DNA of 64,000 nt from an uncultured Bacteroidia bacterium (GCA_902782455.1 CACZNA010000007.1:3865-67864); one strand, 5' to 3'. Shown: positions 36,191 through 45,780, numbered from the stretch's first letter. Notes: generated from the letters alone by a model not told the origin. Translations and numbers: made by a program.

Positions 36191-38203
36191 TTATTCCTTT
36201 AGTTGTTCCTGCAATTCCATCATCTCGTCCCTAAACTTGGCCGCCGCGAGGAAGTCCATCTCCTTGACGGCCTTTTCCATGTTCTTTTTGGCTTGGCCGA
36301 TGGCCTTACGAATCTGTTCGAGTGACTGGTATAGTGTCGTGTTTTCGGCAGCCATCGTGGGGATATGCTCACGGTCGCTGTAGGCTGCAAGATTGTGCTG
36401 TTCGCCTTTCAAGGTGCCAAGTGCGTTGTCGATGGCTTTGACGATGGTTTTGGGCACTATGCCATGTGCCTCATTATAAGCCATTTGCTTCGCACGACGA
36501 CGGGCAGTCTCATCGATGGTCTTGCGCATCGAGTCGGTGATGGTGTCGGCGTACATGATGACCTTGCTCTCGGCATTTCGTGCGGCACGACCTGCGGTCT
36601 GCGTCAAAGAACGCTCGGAGCGCAAAAAACCTTCCTTGTCGGCATCAAGGATGGCGACAAGGCTCACTTCAGGCAAATCCAAGCCTTCGCGAAGCAAATT
36701 CACGCCGACCAACACATCAAAGTCACCCATTCGGAGGCCTTGAAGGATTTCAACACGCTCCATCGTTTCCACGTCGGAATGAATGTATCGCGTCTTGATT
36801 TTCAATCCGTTGAGGTAAGTGTTCAGCTCCTCGGCCATGCGTTTTGTCAAGGTCGTGACGAGAACGCGCTGGTTCTTTTCCACGACCTTGTGGATTTCAT
36901 CGATGAGATCATCGACTTGGTTCAAGCTCGGACGCACTTCAATGAGCGGATCGAGCAGGCCCGTAGGACGAATCAGCTGCTCCACATACACGCCCTCGCT
37001 CTGCTGCAACTCGAAGTCGGCAGGCGTGGCACTGACATAGATGGTCTGTCCAGTAAGGGCTTCAAACTCATCGAATTGAAGTGGACGGTTATCCAAGGCC
37101 GAAGGCAGGCGGAAACCGTATTCCACCAAAGTTTGCTTGCGCGAGCGGTCGCCGCCGTGCATCCCTCTGATTTGGGGGATGGTGACGTGGCTTTCATCGA
37201 TGATGGTGATGAAATCGTCAGGGAAATAGTCCAAAAGGCAGAAAGGCCGTGTCCCCGGACTGCGTCCGTCGAAATAGCGCGAATAGTTCTCAATGCCAGA
37301 GCAATAGCCCAATTCCTTCATCATCTCAAGGTCGTAATTCACGCGGTCTTCAAGGCGTTTTGCCTCTATGTTCTTCCCGATTTCACGGAAAAACTCAGCC
37401 TGCTTGAACATGTCGTCTTGGATCTCCACCAAGGCCGAATTCAGCTTGCTCTGCGAGGTGACGAAAATGTTGGCGGGAAACAAAGTCAATTGGGAAAGTT
37501 CCTCTATCTTGCGTCCAGTGACTGGGTTGAAACTCTCCAAGCTGTCGATTTCATCGTCCCAAAACACGATGCGATAGGCAATGTCGGCGTAGGCCGGAAA
37601 CACATCCATCGTCTCGCCTTTTATCCTGAATTTGCCCTGCGTGAACTCTATTTCATTGCGCACATACAAAGCATTCACCAAGGCCTTGGCCACCTCGTCG
37701 CGGCTCATCTTGGCACCACGCTCCAGATAAATCACATTTTTGCCGAAATCATCAGGATTACCGATACCATAAAGGCATGAAACCGAGGAAACTACAATAA
37801 CATCGCGCCGCCCCGAAAGCAAAGAGGAAGTCGTCGCCAAGCGCATCTTGTCGATGTCGGCATTGATGGCAAGGTCTTTTTCAATATAGGTGTTGGTGGC
37901 GGGAATGAAGGCTTCGGGTTGGTAGTAGTCATAATATGAAACGAAATACTCCACCGCATTCTCAGGGAAAAACTGCTTGAACTCGCCGTACAGTTGCGCC
38001 GCAAGGGTTTTGTTATGACTCAACACCAAGGCCGGACGATTCAACTGTGCCAGCACATTGGCGATGGTAAAGGTTTTTCCAGAGCCCGTCACGCCGAGCA
38101 ACGTCTGGGCACGGTCGCCTCGATTCAGCCCGTCAACGAGCTGTTTGATGGCCTCGGGCTGGTCGCCGGTAGGCTGAAAATCCGAAATGAGTTTGAAGTC
38201 CAT
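36191..38203 (-). CDS. uvrB: Excinuclease ABC subunit B
   Basis: GDQPEAI..L..G....QTLLGVTGSGKTFT, DESHVT, and a C-terminal UVR motif. A TAAATTTG box lies at 38214-38221 on the minus strand. Confidence 0.95.
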   Translation of the reverse strand: MDFKLISDFQPTGDQPEAIKQLVDGLNRGDRAQTLLGVTGSGKTFTIANVLAQLNRPALVLSHNKTLAAQLYGEFKQFFPENAVEYFVSYYDYYQPEAFIPATNTYIEKDLAINADIDKMRLATTSSLLSGRRDVIVVSSVSCLYGIGNPDDFGKNVIYLERGAKMSRDEVAKALVNALYVRNEIEFTQGKFRIKGETMDVFPAYADIAYRIVFWDDEIDSLESFNPVTGRKIEELSQLTLFPANIFVTSQSKLNSALVEIQDDMFKQAEFFREIGKNIEAKRLEDRVNYDLEMMKELGYCSGIENYSRYFDGRSPGTRPFCLLDYFPDDFITIIDESHVTIPQIRGMHGGDRSRKQTLVEYGFRLPSALDNRPLQFDEFEALTGQTIYVSATPADFELQQSEGVYVEQLIRPTGLLDPLIEVRPSLNQVDDLIDEIHKVVEKNQRVLVTTLTKRMAEELNTYLNGLKIKTRYIHSDVETMERVEILQGLRMGDFDVLVGVNLLREGLDLPEVSLVAILDADKEGFLRSERSLTQTAGRAARNAESKVIMYADTITDSMRKTIDETARRRAKQMAYNEAHGIVPKTIVKAIDNALGTLKGEQHNLAAYSDREHIPTMAAENTTLYQSLEQIRKAIGQAKKNMEKAVKEMDFLAAAKFRDEMMELQEQLKE

Positions 38204-38289
38204 AATTCGGCTGCAAATTTACACAATTTCCACGAACCGCATCGCTTTTCCTTCGTGGCAACAATGCAGTTTTCGTAGCTTCCTTTTTG

Positions 38290-39618
38290 TCAAATCTGTT
38301 TCTTTCGCCAATCCGCTTTCCAAATATACACCAGCGAAATCAACCCAATGGAGATGTTGTAGACCCACTCAGCAGTCCATACGCCGGCGATAGTGGAAGT
38401 CTTGGTCATGAGGAAGACATAGATGATGTAGGCGATAAGGATGCCAAACTCCAAGGCCATGGCCGCAGTGGTGTTGCCCGTGCCCGAAACGGCCTCGAAG
38501 AAGGTCATGGAGAAAGCCCCCAACAGCGTGGCAACACAAATCACATAGACCGAGGGAATAGCCGCCTGCGCCAAAGCCATGTCGTCAGTATAAATCTGCA
38601 AGACTAAATGCGGAATGGCCGCCACCACAGCGACCAAGACAAGACCACACAAGAAACTGTTTTTCACCACTTTCCAGATAGTGGCCATCACCTCGTTGCT
38701 CTTGCCCTCGCCAATGATGCGACTCGTCAGGGTGTTGGCGGTCGAAGCGAAAGCGATGCCCGGAATGATGAGAATCATATACGTACTTCGCACCACCGAC
38801 GAAACGCCGATGGCCGTCTCGCCCATCTTCTCAATCATCACGAAGAAAATAAACCACGCGCCAAAAGAGAACAGCCGCTGAATCATGCTCGGGAAGGCCA
38901 CCTTGAGGATGTCGCCCATCAAGGCGGGCTGCCATTGGTGCCAACGGAACATGCCGTATTCCTCATGCGGGATTTTGATATAAGTGTAAATCCAGAAGAA
39001 GCAGAACGCCGTAATTTCGGCCATCAGCGAGGCCAAGGCCGCGCCGCCGATACCCATTTCGGGCAAACCCGCGTTGCCGAAAATCAAGGCCCAGTCGAAA
39101 AAGATGTTGACGACGGCCATGATGATTGTTGAGAACGTGATGACTTTGGTGCTGCTGATGCCGACATAGAACGAGCGGAACAGAAAATTGAACACCACGA
39201 AGAAGATGCCGAACTGCCTGAACCTCAGGTACTCGCTCGCCGCCGCATAAATATGCTCCGACTCGATGATGATGTGCAACAACTTGTGGCTGAAGAAGAA
39301 AAGAATGCTGAACAAGAAGATGCCCAAGCCCAGCACAAACAAAGCCCCATGTTGGAACACCACACCGATTTTACTGAAGTTGCCCTCACCGAAGCGTCGC
39401 GCGATAAAGATTTGGATGCCCACGGCAAAGCCCATCGCCAAGGTGGTGAAGACGAAATAATACAGGCCCGCCATCATGGAGGCACTCAGTTCGTTGGTGC
39501 CAAGATGACCGAGAAAGGCTGTATCAGTGAAGGTGATGATGGTTTGCGCAAGGTTGCCCAACATGATGGGATATGCAATGCGCCAGATTTCCTTGTTGGT
39601 AACGGTGGATTTAATCAT
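38290..39618 (-). CDS. MATE family efflux transporter
   Basis: 12-TM profile. N-terminus IWRIAYPIMLGNLAQTIITFTDTAFLGHLG is typical of MATE. Confidence 0.85.
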   Translation of the reverse strand: MIKSTVTNKEIWRIAYPIMLGNLAQTIITFTDTAFLGHLGTNELSASMMAGLYYFVFTTLAMGFAVGIQIFIARRFGEGNFSKIGVVFQHGALFVLGLGIFLFSILFFFSHKLLHIIIESEHIYAAASEYLRFRQFGIFFVVFNFLFRSFYVGISSTKVITFSTIIMAVVNIFFDWALIFGNAGLPEMGIGGAALASLMAEITAFCFFWIYTYIKIPHEEYGMFRWHQWQPALMGDILKVAFPSMIQRLFSFGAWFIFFVMIEKMGETAIGVSSVVRSTYMILIIPGIAFASTANTLTSRIIGEGKSNEVMATIWKVVKNSFLCGLVLVAVVAAIPHLVLQIYTDDMALAQAAIPSVYVICVATLLGAFSMTFFEAVSGTGNTTAAMALEFGILIAYIIYVFLMTKTSTIAGVWTAEWVYNISIGLISLVYIWKADWRKKQI

Positions 39619-39738
39619 GGGGCAAAATTAGTCAATTCTTCCGCACCTCTAAATCAATTTTCTCAGTTTTCACAATTTTTCTTTCTCAATATCCCGAAAA
39701 AATGTATTTTTGCCTCTGTCAAAAAAAGAACTTCAAAA

Positions 39739-42165
39739 ATGAAAAAAATAATTGTACTACTGCTAACCACCTTATTGTTGGGTTTTGTATGTGCCGAAAG
39801 ACTTCACGCCCAACTCATTGTGACTGATGCCTCTACCTTAAACGGTTGGACCGCAGATTCGTTGGTCAGGAACATTCTCTTGGACAATGGTGTCACCATT
39901 TCCAATGCCAGATTCAATGGTTCAAATAGGGTCATTGATTGTAACAGCATTGGAATATTCGAGACAGGAAACACACCTACAAACCTAGGTATAGAATCCG
40001 GCTTGCTCCTTGCCTCTGGAGGGATAAGTGTAGCTGTAGGCCCGAATACCGACGAAAGTTTTAGTGTGCCTACAACCTGCATGTCATATTATGATAATGA
40101 TTTAGCTTCTATTGCATCGGATGAGCCAAATGATGTTGCAGTGCTTGAGTTTGATTTTGTCCCATGGGATAACATGTTGTCTTTCAGCTTTGTGTTCGGT
40201 TCCGAAGAATACATGGAATATGTCGGCATGGGTTATAATGACGTATTCGGTTTCTTTGTGGAAGGCGCCAATCCGGCGGGTGGGTATTACGACCACCAAA
40301 ACATGGCCTTGATACCGGGAACGACTGAGGTCGTCAGCATAGATAACGTGAACCTATACCACAATTCAGCTTATTACATTGACAATACAGGCGGTGCCTC
40401 CATTCAATTTGACGGGTTTACGACTGTGATTGAAGTAAGCTTCGATGTGATTCCCATGTCGAATTACCATATCAAAATGGCCATTTGCGATGTTGGTGAC
40501 GACATGTATGATTCGGGAGTCTTTTTAGAGGCACACAGTTTTACCACAAACCTCTCCTACAGTATGACGATTGACGATTGGATTTACACGGAAATCCCTG
40601 AAAACCATTATTTCTGCTCCAATCAAGCCGTAGAATTCAATACGGTGACCAACTGGAATTACGATGACGTGGTGTGGTATTTCGGCGACGGCACATCGGC
40701 GCAAGGGGAACAGGTCACACATACCTATAGCGCCGACGGCTTTTACACCGTGACCAATGTGCTTCACAATCCTCATAGAGACATGGACTCAATCTTTCTT
40801 ACCAAAGAAATAGAAGTCAGAACACTTTCTTCAGAAGAGCATGTCACCTCATGCGACAGCTACGAATGGTATGGAACCACCTATACGGAGAGCGGCACTT
40901 ACACCCATGTCGTGCAGACACCCGGAACCTGCGACAGCATCCTTGTCTTGAACCTTGAAATCGGCAACAGCTTTAGTTCTGAGCAGGATGTGACCGCATG
41001 TAACAGCTACAATTGGCGAGGAACCACCTATACGGAAAGTGGCACATACACCGATTTTGTCACGTCGCCCGGCGCTTGCGACAGCACCTTTGTGCTGAAT
41101 CTGACCCTTGGCCATGATGTCCAAAGCGACACCACGGCGGTCACGTGCGATGCGTTCACTTGGCACGGCACCACTTATACAGAATCGGGCGACTATCCCT
41201 ATTTGACCCAGACGGTTATGGGGTGTGACAGTTTGCTCACCTTGCATCTTACGGTAGGCCATGAGCAAATCCATCCAACAGAAGAAGAGGTAACTTGCGA
41301 GAACTCATTCACATGGCATGGTCACAGCTATTTGCACGATGGTGTTTATTACGACACCATAACGGATGCCGCTGGATGCGACGAAATCTATTCGCTTGAC
41401 CTTACTTTTGTGGAGGCATACAACACCAATTTAATTGAGACGGTATGCGACAGTTATCCGTGGCCGTCGGCTGATGGCGGCTATCTGATCGAATCAGGTC
41501 ATTATAAATATGAAGGCACGACACAAAGTGGATGTGACAGCATCGTCGACTTGGATCTTACCGTGTATTACACACCTTCACCCGCCGGAATCCACCCCGT
41601 GGATACCACAAACAAAGCCCCACACTGGGTTATCACTGCTACCGAATTCCAAATCAACGCATACGATTTCCAAATTTGGGACAACAACCCCATTTGCGGT
41701 TGGGACACCGTCACGTGGAGTTTCGAAGAGCCGGTGCAATGGCTGCTTGAGCCTTACGGCGATAAGGGCAAACACTGCAAGATGTATGTGCTGAACTATA
41801 TGAGCGACACCGTTTGGCTGACAGCCCGCGCTTTCAACCATTGTGCCCCCGAGGGCATTGAGCAAAGATACTGGTTCGTCTGTTCGTTTTATGGACTTGA
41901 AGAAACAGGTTCAGAGACTGCTGGATTCAACGTCATCCCCAACCCTAACGATGGCCAAATGAGGCTTTCTTTCGACCATCTTACAGGCAAAGTGGGTATC
42001 AAGGTGTATGACATGATGGGGAGTTTGGTAGATGATATCCAAACCTACAATGGCCTTGACCATAACGAATTGGAATACAGTTTGAAAGGTCGCACAAAAG
42101 GAATCTATTTCTTTGTTGCTACCGGAAAAGAGGGCACTGTGGCCAAAAAGGTGGTCATTCGATAG
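39739..42165 (+). CDS. T9SS cargo: choice-of-anchor-L domain + PKD-like domain + five ~43-aa Cys repeats + type-A CTD
   Basis: Start at MKKIIVLLLTTLLLGFVCAERLHAQ. The ORF-track 5' extension overlaps the MATE gene on the other strand. Choice-of-anchor-L-like motifs: FGSEEYMEYVG..NDVFGFFV..FDGFT..ICDVGDDMYDSGVFLEAHSF. PKD-like: WYFGDGTS. CTD: IPNPNDGQMRLSF..IKVYDMMGSLV..GIYFFVA. Confidence 0.8.
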   Translation: MKKIIVLLLTTLLLGFVCAERLHAQLIVTDASTLNGWTADSLVRNILLDNGVTISNARFNGSNRVIDCNSIGIFETGNTPTNLGIESGLLLASGGISVAVGPNTDESFSVPTTCMSYYDNDLASIASDEPNDVAVLEFDFVPWDNMLSFSFVFGSEEYMEYVGMGYNDVFGFFVEGANPAGGYYDHQNMALIPGTTEVVSIDNVNLYHNSAYYIDNTGGASIQFDGFTTVIEVSFDVIPMSNYHIKMAICDVGDDMYDSGVFLEAHSFTTNLSYSMTIDDWIYTEIPENHYFCSNQAVEFNTVTNWNYDDVVWYFGDGTSAQGEQVTHTYSADGFYTVTNVLHNPHRDMDSIFLTKEIEVRTLSSEEHVTSCDSYEWYGTTYTESGTYTHVVQTPGTCDSILVLNLEIGNSFSSEQDVTACNSYNWRGTTYTESGTYTDFVTSPGACDSTFVLNLTLGHDVQSDTTAVTCDAFTWHGTTYTESGDYPYLTQTVMGCDSLLTLHLTVGHEQIHPTEEEVTCENSFTWHGHSYLHDGVYYDTITDAAGCDEIYSLDLTFVEAYNTNLIETVCDSYPWPSADGGYLIESGHYKYEGTTQSGCDSIVDLDLTVYYTPSPAGIHPVDTTNKAPHWVITATEFQINAYDFQIWDNNPICGWDTVTWSFEEPVQWLLEPYGDKGKHCKMYVLNYMSDTVWLTARAFNHCAPEGIEQRYWFVCSFYGLEETGSETAGFNVIPNPNDGQMRLSFDHLTGKVGIKVYDMMGSLVDDIQTYNGLDHNELEYSLKGRTKGIYFFVATGKEGTVAKKVVIR

Positions 42166-42179
42166 GTCTTCGTTTTTTC

Positions 42180-42266
42180 CACACAGAATCCGCAGAATTA
42201 TATGAATCGCGATGCGACGCATAGTTTGCGTCCGGCAGGTTCAGCGAGTTCTGCGGATTCTGCGTG
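42180..42266. repeat. Long inverted repeat (18-nt arms, one mismatch) between convergent genes
   Basis: cacacagaatccgcagaa ... ttctgcggattctgcgtg, with a nested gacgca-tagtt-tgcgtc hairpin in the ~50-nt loop. Flanked by T6 on the left and A6 on the right. Confidence 0.8.
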
Positions 42267-42274
42267 AAAAAATC

Positions 42275-43783
42275 CTACTTCGCGTGAAGCGCAGCGTATG
42301 CCTTCCCCAAATGCTCCGTAATATCGCCAGCAATCAAAGCCTCCTGCCCTATCTCCTCGGCGGCAAGGTCGCCAGCAAGGCCGTGTAGATAAACACCCAA
42401 CACAGCAGCTTCCTCGGGCGAATAGCGTTGCGCCAAGAGCGAGAGGATGATGCCCGTCAAAACATCGCCGCTGCCCGCCGTGGCCATACCGGGATTGCCT
42501 GTGGTGTTGAAGAAGATGGTGCCGTTGGGCATCGCAACCGAGGTATGCGCGCCTTTCACGATGACGACAAGGTTGTATTTGGTGGCCAGTTCACGCTGTT
42601 TTTCAAGCTGTTCAAACGAGGTCGAGGACTTTCCCACCAAGCGTTCAAACTCCTTGGGATGGGGCGTCAGTATCGTTTTGGCGGGCAGGAACGGCAGCCA
42701 AGTCGGGTTGTCGGAGAGGATGTTCAAGGCATCGGCATCCATGACTAACGGCACTTGCACTTCTTGGATTAAGCGTTTCAAGGCGCGGACGGTTTCCTCC
42801 GCCTTGCCCAAACCTGGACCTACACCCACAGCGGTATAAGCATCCAATTTGCCGAACATCGAAAAGCAGGTTTCGGAATCGTCGCCGTCAATCATCGCCT
42901 CGGGGATAGAGGTTTGCATGGGCAGTTGGGCCATCTTGGGCAGGTGGACGCTCAAAAGCCCCACGCCCGTGCGCAGACAGGCTTTCGCGCCAAGCAAAGC
43001 CGCGCCCGTCTTGCCTTCGGAGCCGGTAATCAACAGGGCGTGGCCGTATGTGCCTTTGTGGGAGTATTTCGTGCGGTTGTGCAGTATCGGCTTCACCATC
43101 GCCTTGACGGTCAGGAGGTTGTTGGTCTCCACCTCTTCCAGATAGCGTGGATGCAAACCGATGTCCAAGACCTCGAAGCGACCCACATACGGGTCGTTTT
43201 CGGGCAACAGGAAGGCCAACTTGGGGTTTTGGAAGGTCAGCGTGTAATCGGCCTTGAAGATAAAGCCCAAGGCACTGGGTTGGTCGGCGAAGAGGCCCGA
43301 AGGGATGTCGATGGCCACGCGGATGGCCTTGCTTTGGTTGAGGTAGGCGATCAGGTCGGCGGTCATGCCTTGCGGCGGACGGTTGAGGCCCGAGCCGAAG
43401 ATGGCGTCGACCACCACGTCGTTGGCATCGACTTTCGGGAAGTCGTCCTCGGTGAGGATGTCGAACATCGGCACCTTGGTCTCGTTCACGAGGCGGTAGT
43501 AGTTCACCTCGCAGTCGTGGCTCATACGGTCGCTGTAGCGCACCATAAACACCTGCGGGACAATCTCTTGCTCGTTGAGCAGTCGGGCCACCACGAGGCC
43601 ATCGCCGCCGTTGTTGCCCATGCCGCAGAAGATCTTGATGGTCTTGTCGCGCGGCGTCCGGCGATAGAGCCACTCAAAGACTTTCGTGGCCGCCCGTTCC
43701 ATCAGGTCGACGGACTCGATGGGTTCGTTTTCTATCGTGTATTTGTCCGCTTCGCGGATTTGTGGTACTGAGAGGATTTTCAT
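42275..43783 (-). CDS. nnr: Bifunctional NAD(P)H-hydrate repair enzyme (epimerase + ADP-dependent dehydratase)
   Basis: N-terminal YjeF_N (CGMGNNGGDGLVVAR). C-terminal carbohydrate-kinase-like part (KGTYGHALLITGS.., GNPGMATAGSGDVLTG). Confidence 0.9.
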   Translation of the reverse strand: MKILSVPQIREADKYTIENEPIESVDLMERAATKVFEWLYRRTPRDKTIKIFCGMGNNGGDGLVVARLLNEQEIVPQVFMVRYSDRMSHDCEVNYYRLVNETKVPMFDILTEDDFPKVDANDVVVDAIFGSGLNRPPQGMTADLIAYLNQSKAIRVAIDIPSGLFADQPSALGFIFKADYTLTFQNPKLAFLLPENDPYVGRFEVLDIGLHPRYLEEVETNNLLTVKAMVKPILHNRTKYSHKGTYGHALLITGSEGKTGAALLGAKACLRTGVGLLSVHLPKMAQLPMQTSIPEAMIDGDDSETCFSMFGKLDAYTAVGVGPGLGKAEETVRALKRLIQEVQVPLVMDADALNILSDNPTWLPFLPAKTILTPHPKEFERLVGKSSTSFEQLEKQRELATKYNLVVIVKGAHTSVAMPNGTIFFNTTGNPGMATAGSGDVLTGIILSLLAQRYSPEEAAVLGVYLHGLAGDLAAEEIGQEALIAGDITEHLGKAYAALHAK

Positions 43784-43795
43784 AATTCTAACAAA

Positions 43796-44350
43796 TTACT
43801 TCATTGAAAGAGTTATGTCTTGCAATGCGCAAACAATATTATTCTTTTTGCTAATCAATTGAAGAACATCTTCTTCTTCCACTGATTTATTTTCAATCGC
43901 TTTGTTATAACAATTTGCTAAACACTTACAGAAATCAAATATTTCTTCGGCAACTCCCGACTCCTTATTCAGATTGAATAAAGATAATCTTGAAGAATAA
44001 AATGTATCAACATATAAAAGTGCTGAAGACAATAACTTTTCAGTACAAACATCGTTTTCATTAGTAATAATCCTAGAAAAAGCATCTATTTCACTCTTCC
44101 TAAACTGCATTAGCATCATGTTTTTCTGATACTCCAATTCTTTTCTTGAACGCATTTCATCTTTTTCAGAAACAGCTTTCGTCAATTTCACAAAAACATA
44201 AACATTAATTGCCGTGAGAATTGGCATCATTATTCCATTAAAAATGGTACTGAATTCAATCCATGAATGATTTACGTTGATAGCCAATAAACACAAAATC
44301 ATCATCAAAATAACGAATGCACCCACTATTATTGAAAGGTTCTTCTTCAT
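43796..44350 (-). CDS. Small membrane protein (two N-terminal TM helices + helical cytoplasmic domain), unknown function; partner of 44361-45623
   Basis: LSIIVGAFVILMMILCLLAI and IMMPILTAINVYVFVKL. About 28-30% GC. 10 bp downstream of the T5orf172-like gene and 12 bp upstream of nnr. Confidence 0.6.
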   Translation of the reverse strand: MKKNLSIIVGAFVILMMILCLLAINVNHSWIEFSTIFNGIMMPILTAINVYVFVKLTKAVSEKDEMRSRKELEYQKNMMLMQFRKSEIDAFSRIITNENDVCTEKLLSSALLYVDTFYSSRLSLFNLNKESGVAEEIFDFCKCLANCYNKAIENKSVEEEDVLQLISKKNNIVCALQDITLSMK

Positions 44351-44360
44351 ATCATTTCTT

Positions 44361-45623
44361 TTATGATAGTGTTTTTACAACATTTAATATATCCTTTTCA
44401 TCCAAAGCAAACCATTCCCCTCTTAATCTCTTCTCTCCATAAGCCTTATGTAATGCAGCTTCTATCGCTTCAGCAATAATCCTCGTTGGATATTCTTTGG
44501 CACATAAAAGAACAATGGTTGGTTTTTCACTTTGTAAAGTCCTTTCTCTGTATTCAGGCTTATTTGAAATACCAATTTTATAATAACCATTGGATTCATC
44601 CTTCATTAGATATACATAGCATGATGATTCTTTAGTCTCATTTATATATTCCTTAGTACTTTCATCTTGATATTCATTCTTAAAAACAGCAGGATCAATT
44701 TGAGCACCACATTCAGCCAAAGCTTTTATATATTTTTGAAAATAGAGCTTAAATGTTAATGAAGCAAAGTCGTTTTCTCTTTTTAAATCAATTGGAGCAT
44801 CACCATTTTGAAAATCGCATCTAATTGCAACCAAATTCTCTGAAGCAAATACTTGAATATCCTGAGGCAACATTGAAAAACTCACCTGCTTATAATATGA
44901 ATTACTTGTATTAGATGCTGCTTTTTTTAGTTGATATTCTAAATGTCTATTATTTTCAAAAACAAAATGAAGCGCATCTCCCTTTACAAATTTATGTTGT
45001 GAGAACTCTTTCTTATCAAACTGAAAAACAAATTGCTCTTTTGTATTATCAAGTCGAACGAATGGAAAAGAATAATAATTAGTAGGCTTATCAAAAGGAG
45101 AATATCTTAATTGAAAGGCATCTCTATTATATAACAAATCATTATGCCCACAGCCATGACTCCATACAATCTTTTTATCTCCTTTGAACACATCATCAAT
45201 AATATCATAATTGCAATAATGCTCAATAAATACATTTGCCATTTCTTCAACGCTATCCATTTTTCGGCAGAATACAATATCATCATACAAACGAATTACC
45301 GAAATTTTCGTGTCCAAAATTTTAGTTTCAGAAAAATCATAATATGCTGAGACTGGAATCGTCAAATCAATTTTATATTTTATTCTTGCCAAAGAATACT
45401 TATCAATTGATTTACAGAAAACAAGAGAACCTACTACATCTCCATTTTGGAGTTGATAATAAAAGCCCTGTTGATCATTCATCAAGCCACTTTTATCATA
45501 TCGTATATAGAAATCATCAAAATCATCTACTTGATTTTTAATATCTTCAATTTCTTTACGTTGCGATTCTGAAATAAAATCTCTCAGATAATATTCTTTC
45601 ATTTTTCCTCCTAGCTTTTTCAT
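44361..45623 (-). CDS. Unknown ~330-aa N-terminal region fused to a C-terminal T5orf172/MUG113 (GIY-YIG superfamily) domain
   Basis: The C-terminal CYVYLMKDESNGYYKIGISNKPEYRERTLQSEKP..AIEAALHKAYGEKRLRGEWFALDEKD fits the T5orf172 pattern. Low GC. I recognise no motif in residues 1-330. Confidence 0.7.
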   Translation of the reverse strand: MKKLGGKMKEYYLRDFISESQRKEIEDIKNQVDDFDDFYIRYDKSGLMNDQQGFYYQLQNGDVVGSLVFCKSIDKYSLARIKYKIDLTIPVSAYYDFSETKILDTKISVIRLYDDIVFCRKMDSVEEMANVFIEHYCNYDIIDDVFKGDKKIVWSHGCGHNDLLYNRDAFQLRYSPFDKPTNYYSFPFVRLDNTKEQFVFQFDKKEFSQHKFVKGDALHFVFENNRHLEYQLKKAASNTSNSYYKQVSFSMLPQDIQVFASENLVAIRCDFQNGDAPIDLKRENDFASLTFKLYFQKYIKALAECGAQIDPAVFKNEYQDESTKEYINETKESSCYVYLMKDESNGYYKIGISNKPEYRERTLQSEKPTIVLLCAKEYPTRIIAEAIEAALHKAYGEKRLRGEWFALDEKDILNVVKTLS

Positions 45624-45732
45624 TTAATATTTATGAGAAACAATCCCTTTCAACTCTCTTTAACTAATTGTTCTTCCGATTCATAAAAGACTCCGTGTAT
45701 TATCGACAAGATTTATCTCTCTTGACTTTGCG

Positions 45733-45765
45733 CAAAATTACAAATAAAATCGGGATAAAAGCAAA
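45733..45765 (-). promoter_or_regulatory. Candidate Bacteroidota promoter (TTTG - 21 nt - TAATTTTG) for the low-GC two-gene operon
   Basis: Minus-strand TTTG at 45765-45762 and TAATTTTG at 45740-45733, about 110 nt upstream of ATG 45623. Confidence 0.4.
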
Positions 45766-45780
45766 ACATTCATCGATAGG

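Noticed and set aside
39253-39738. The ORF-track start at 39253, giving a 970-aa version of the choice-of-anchor-L protein.
   Set aside because: The first 162 codons overlap the MATE gene on the opposite strand and encode charged, low-complexity sequence. A clean signal peptide (MKKIIVLLLTTLLLGF..AQ) begins at 39739 after an intergenic gap.
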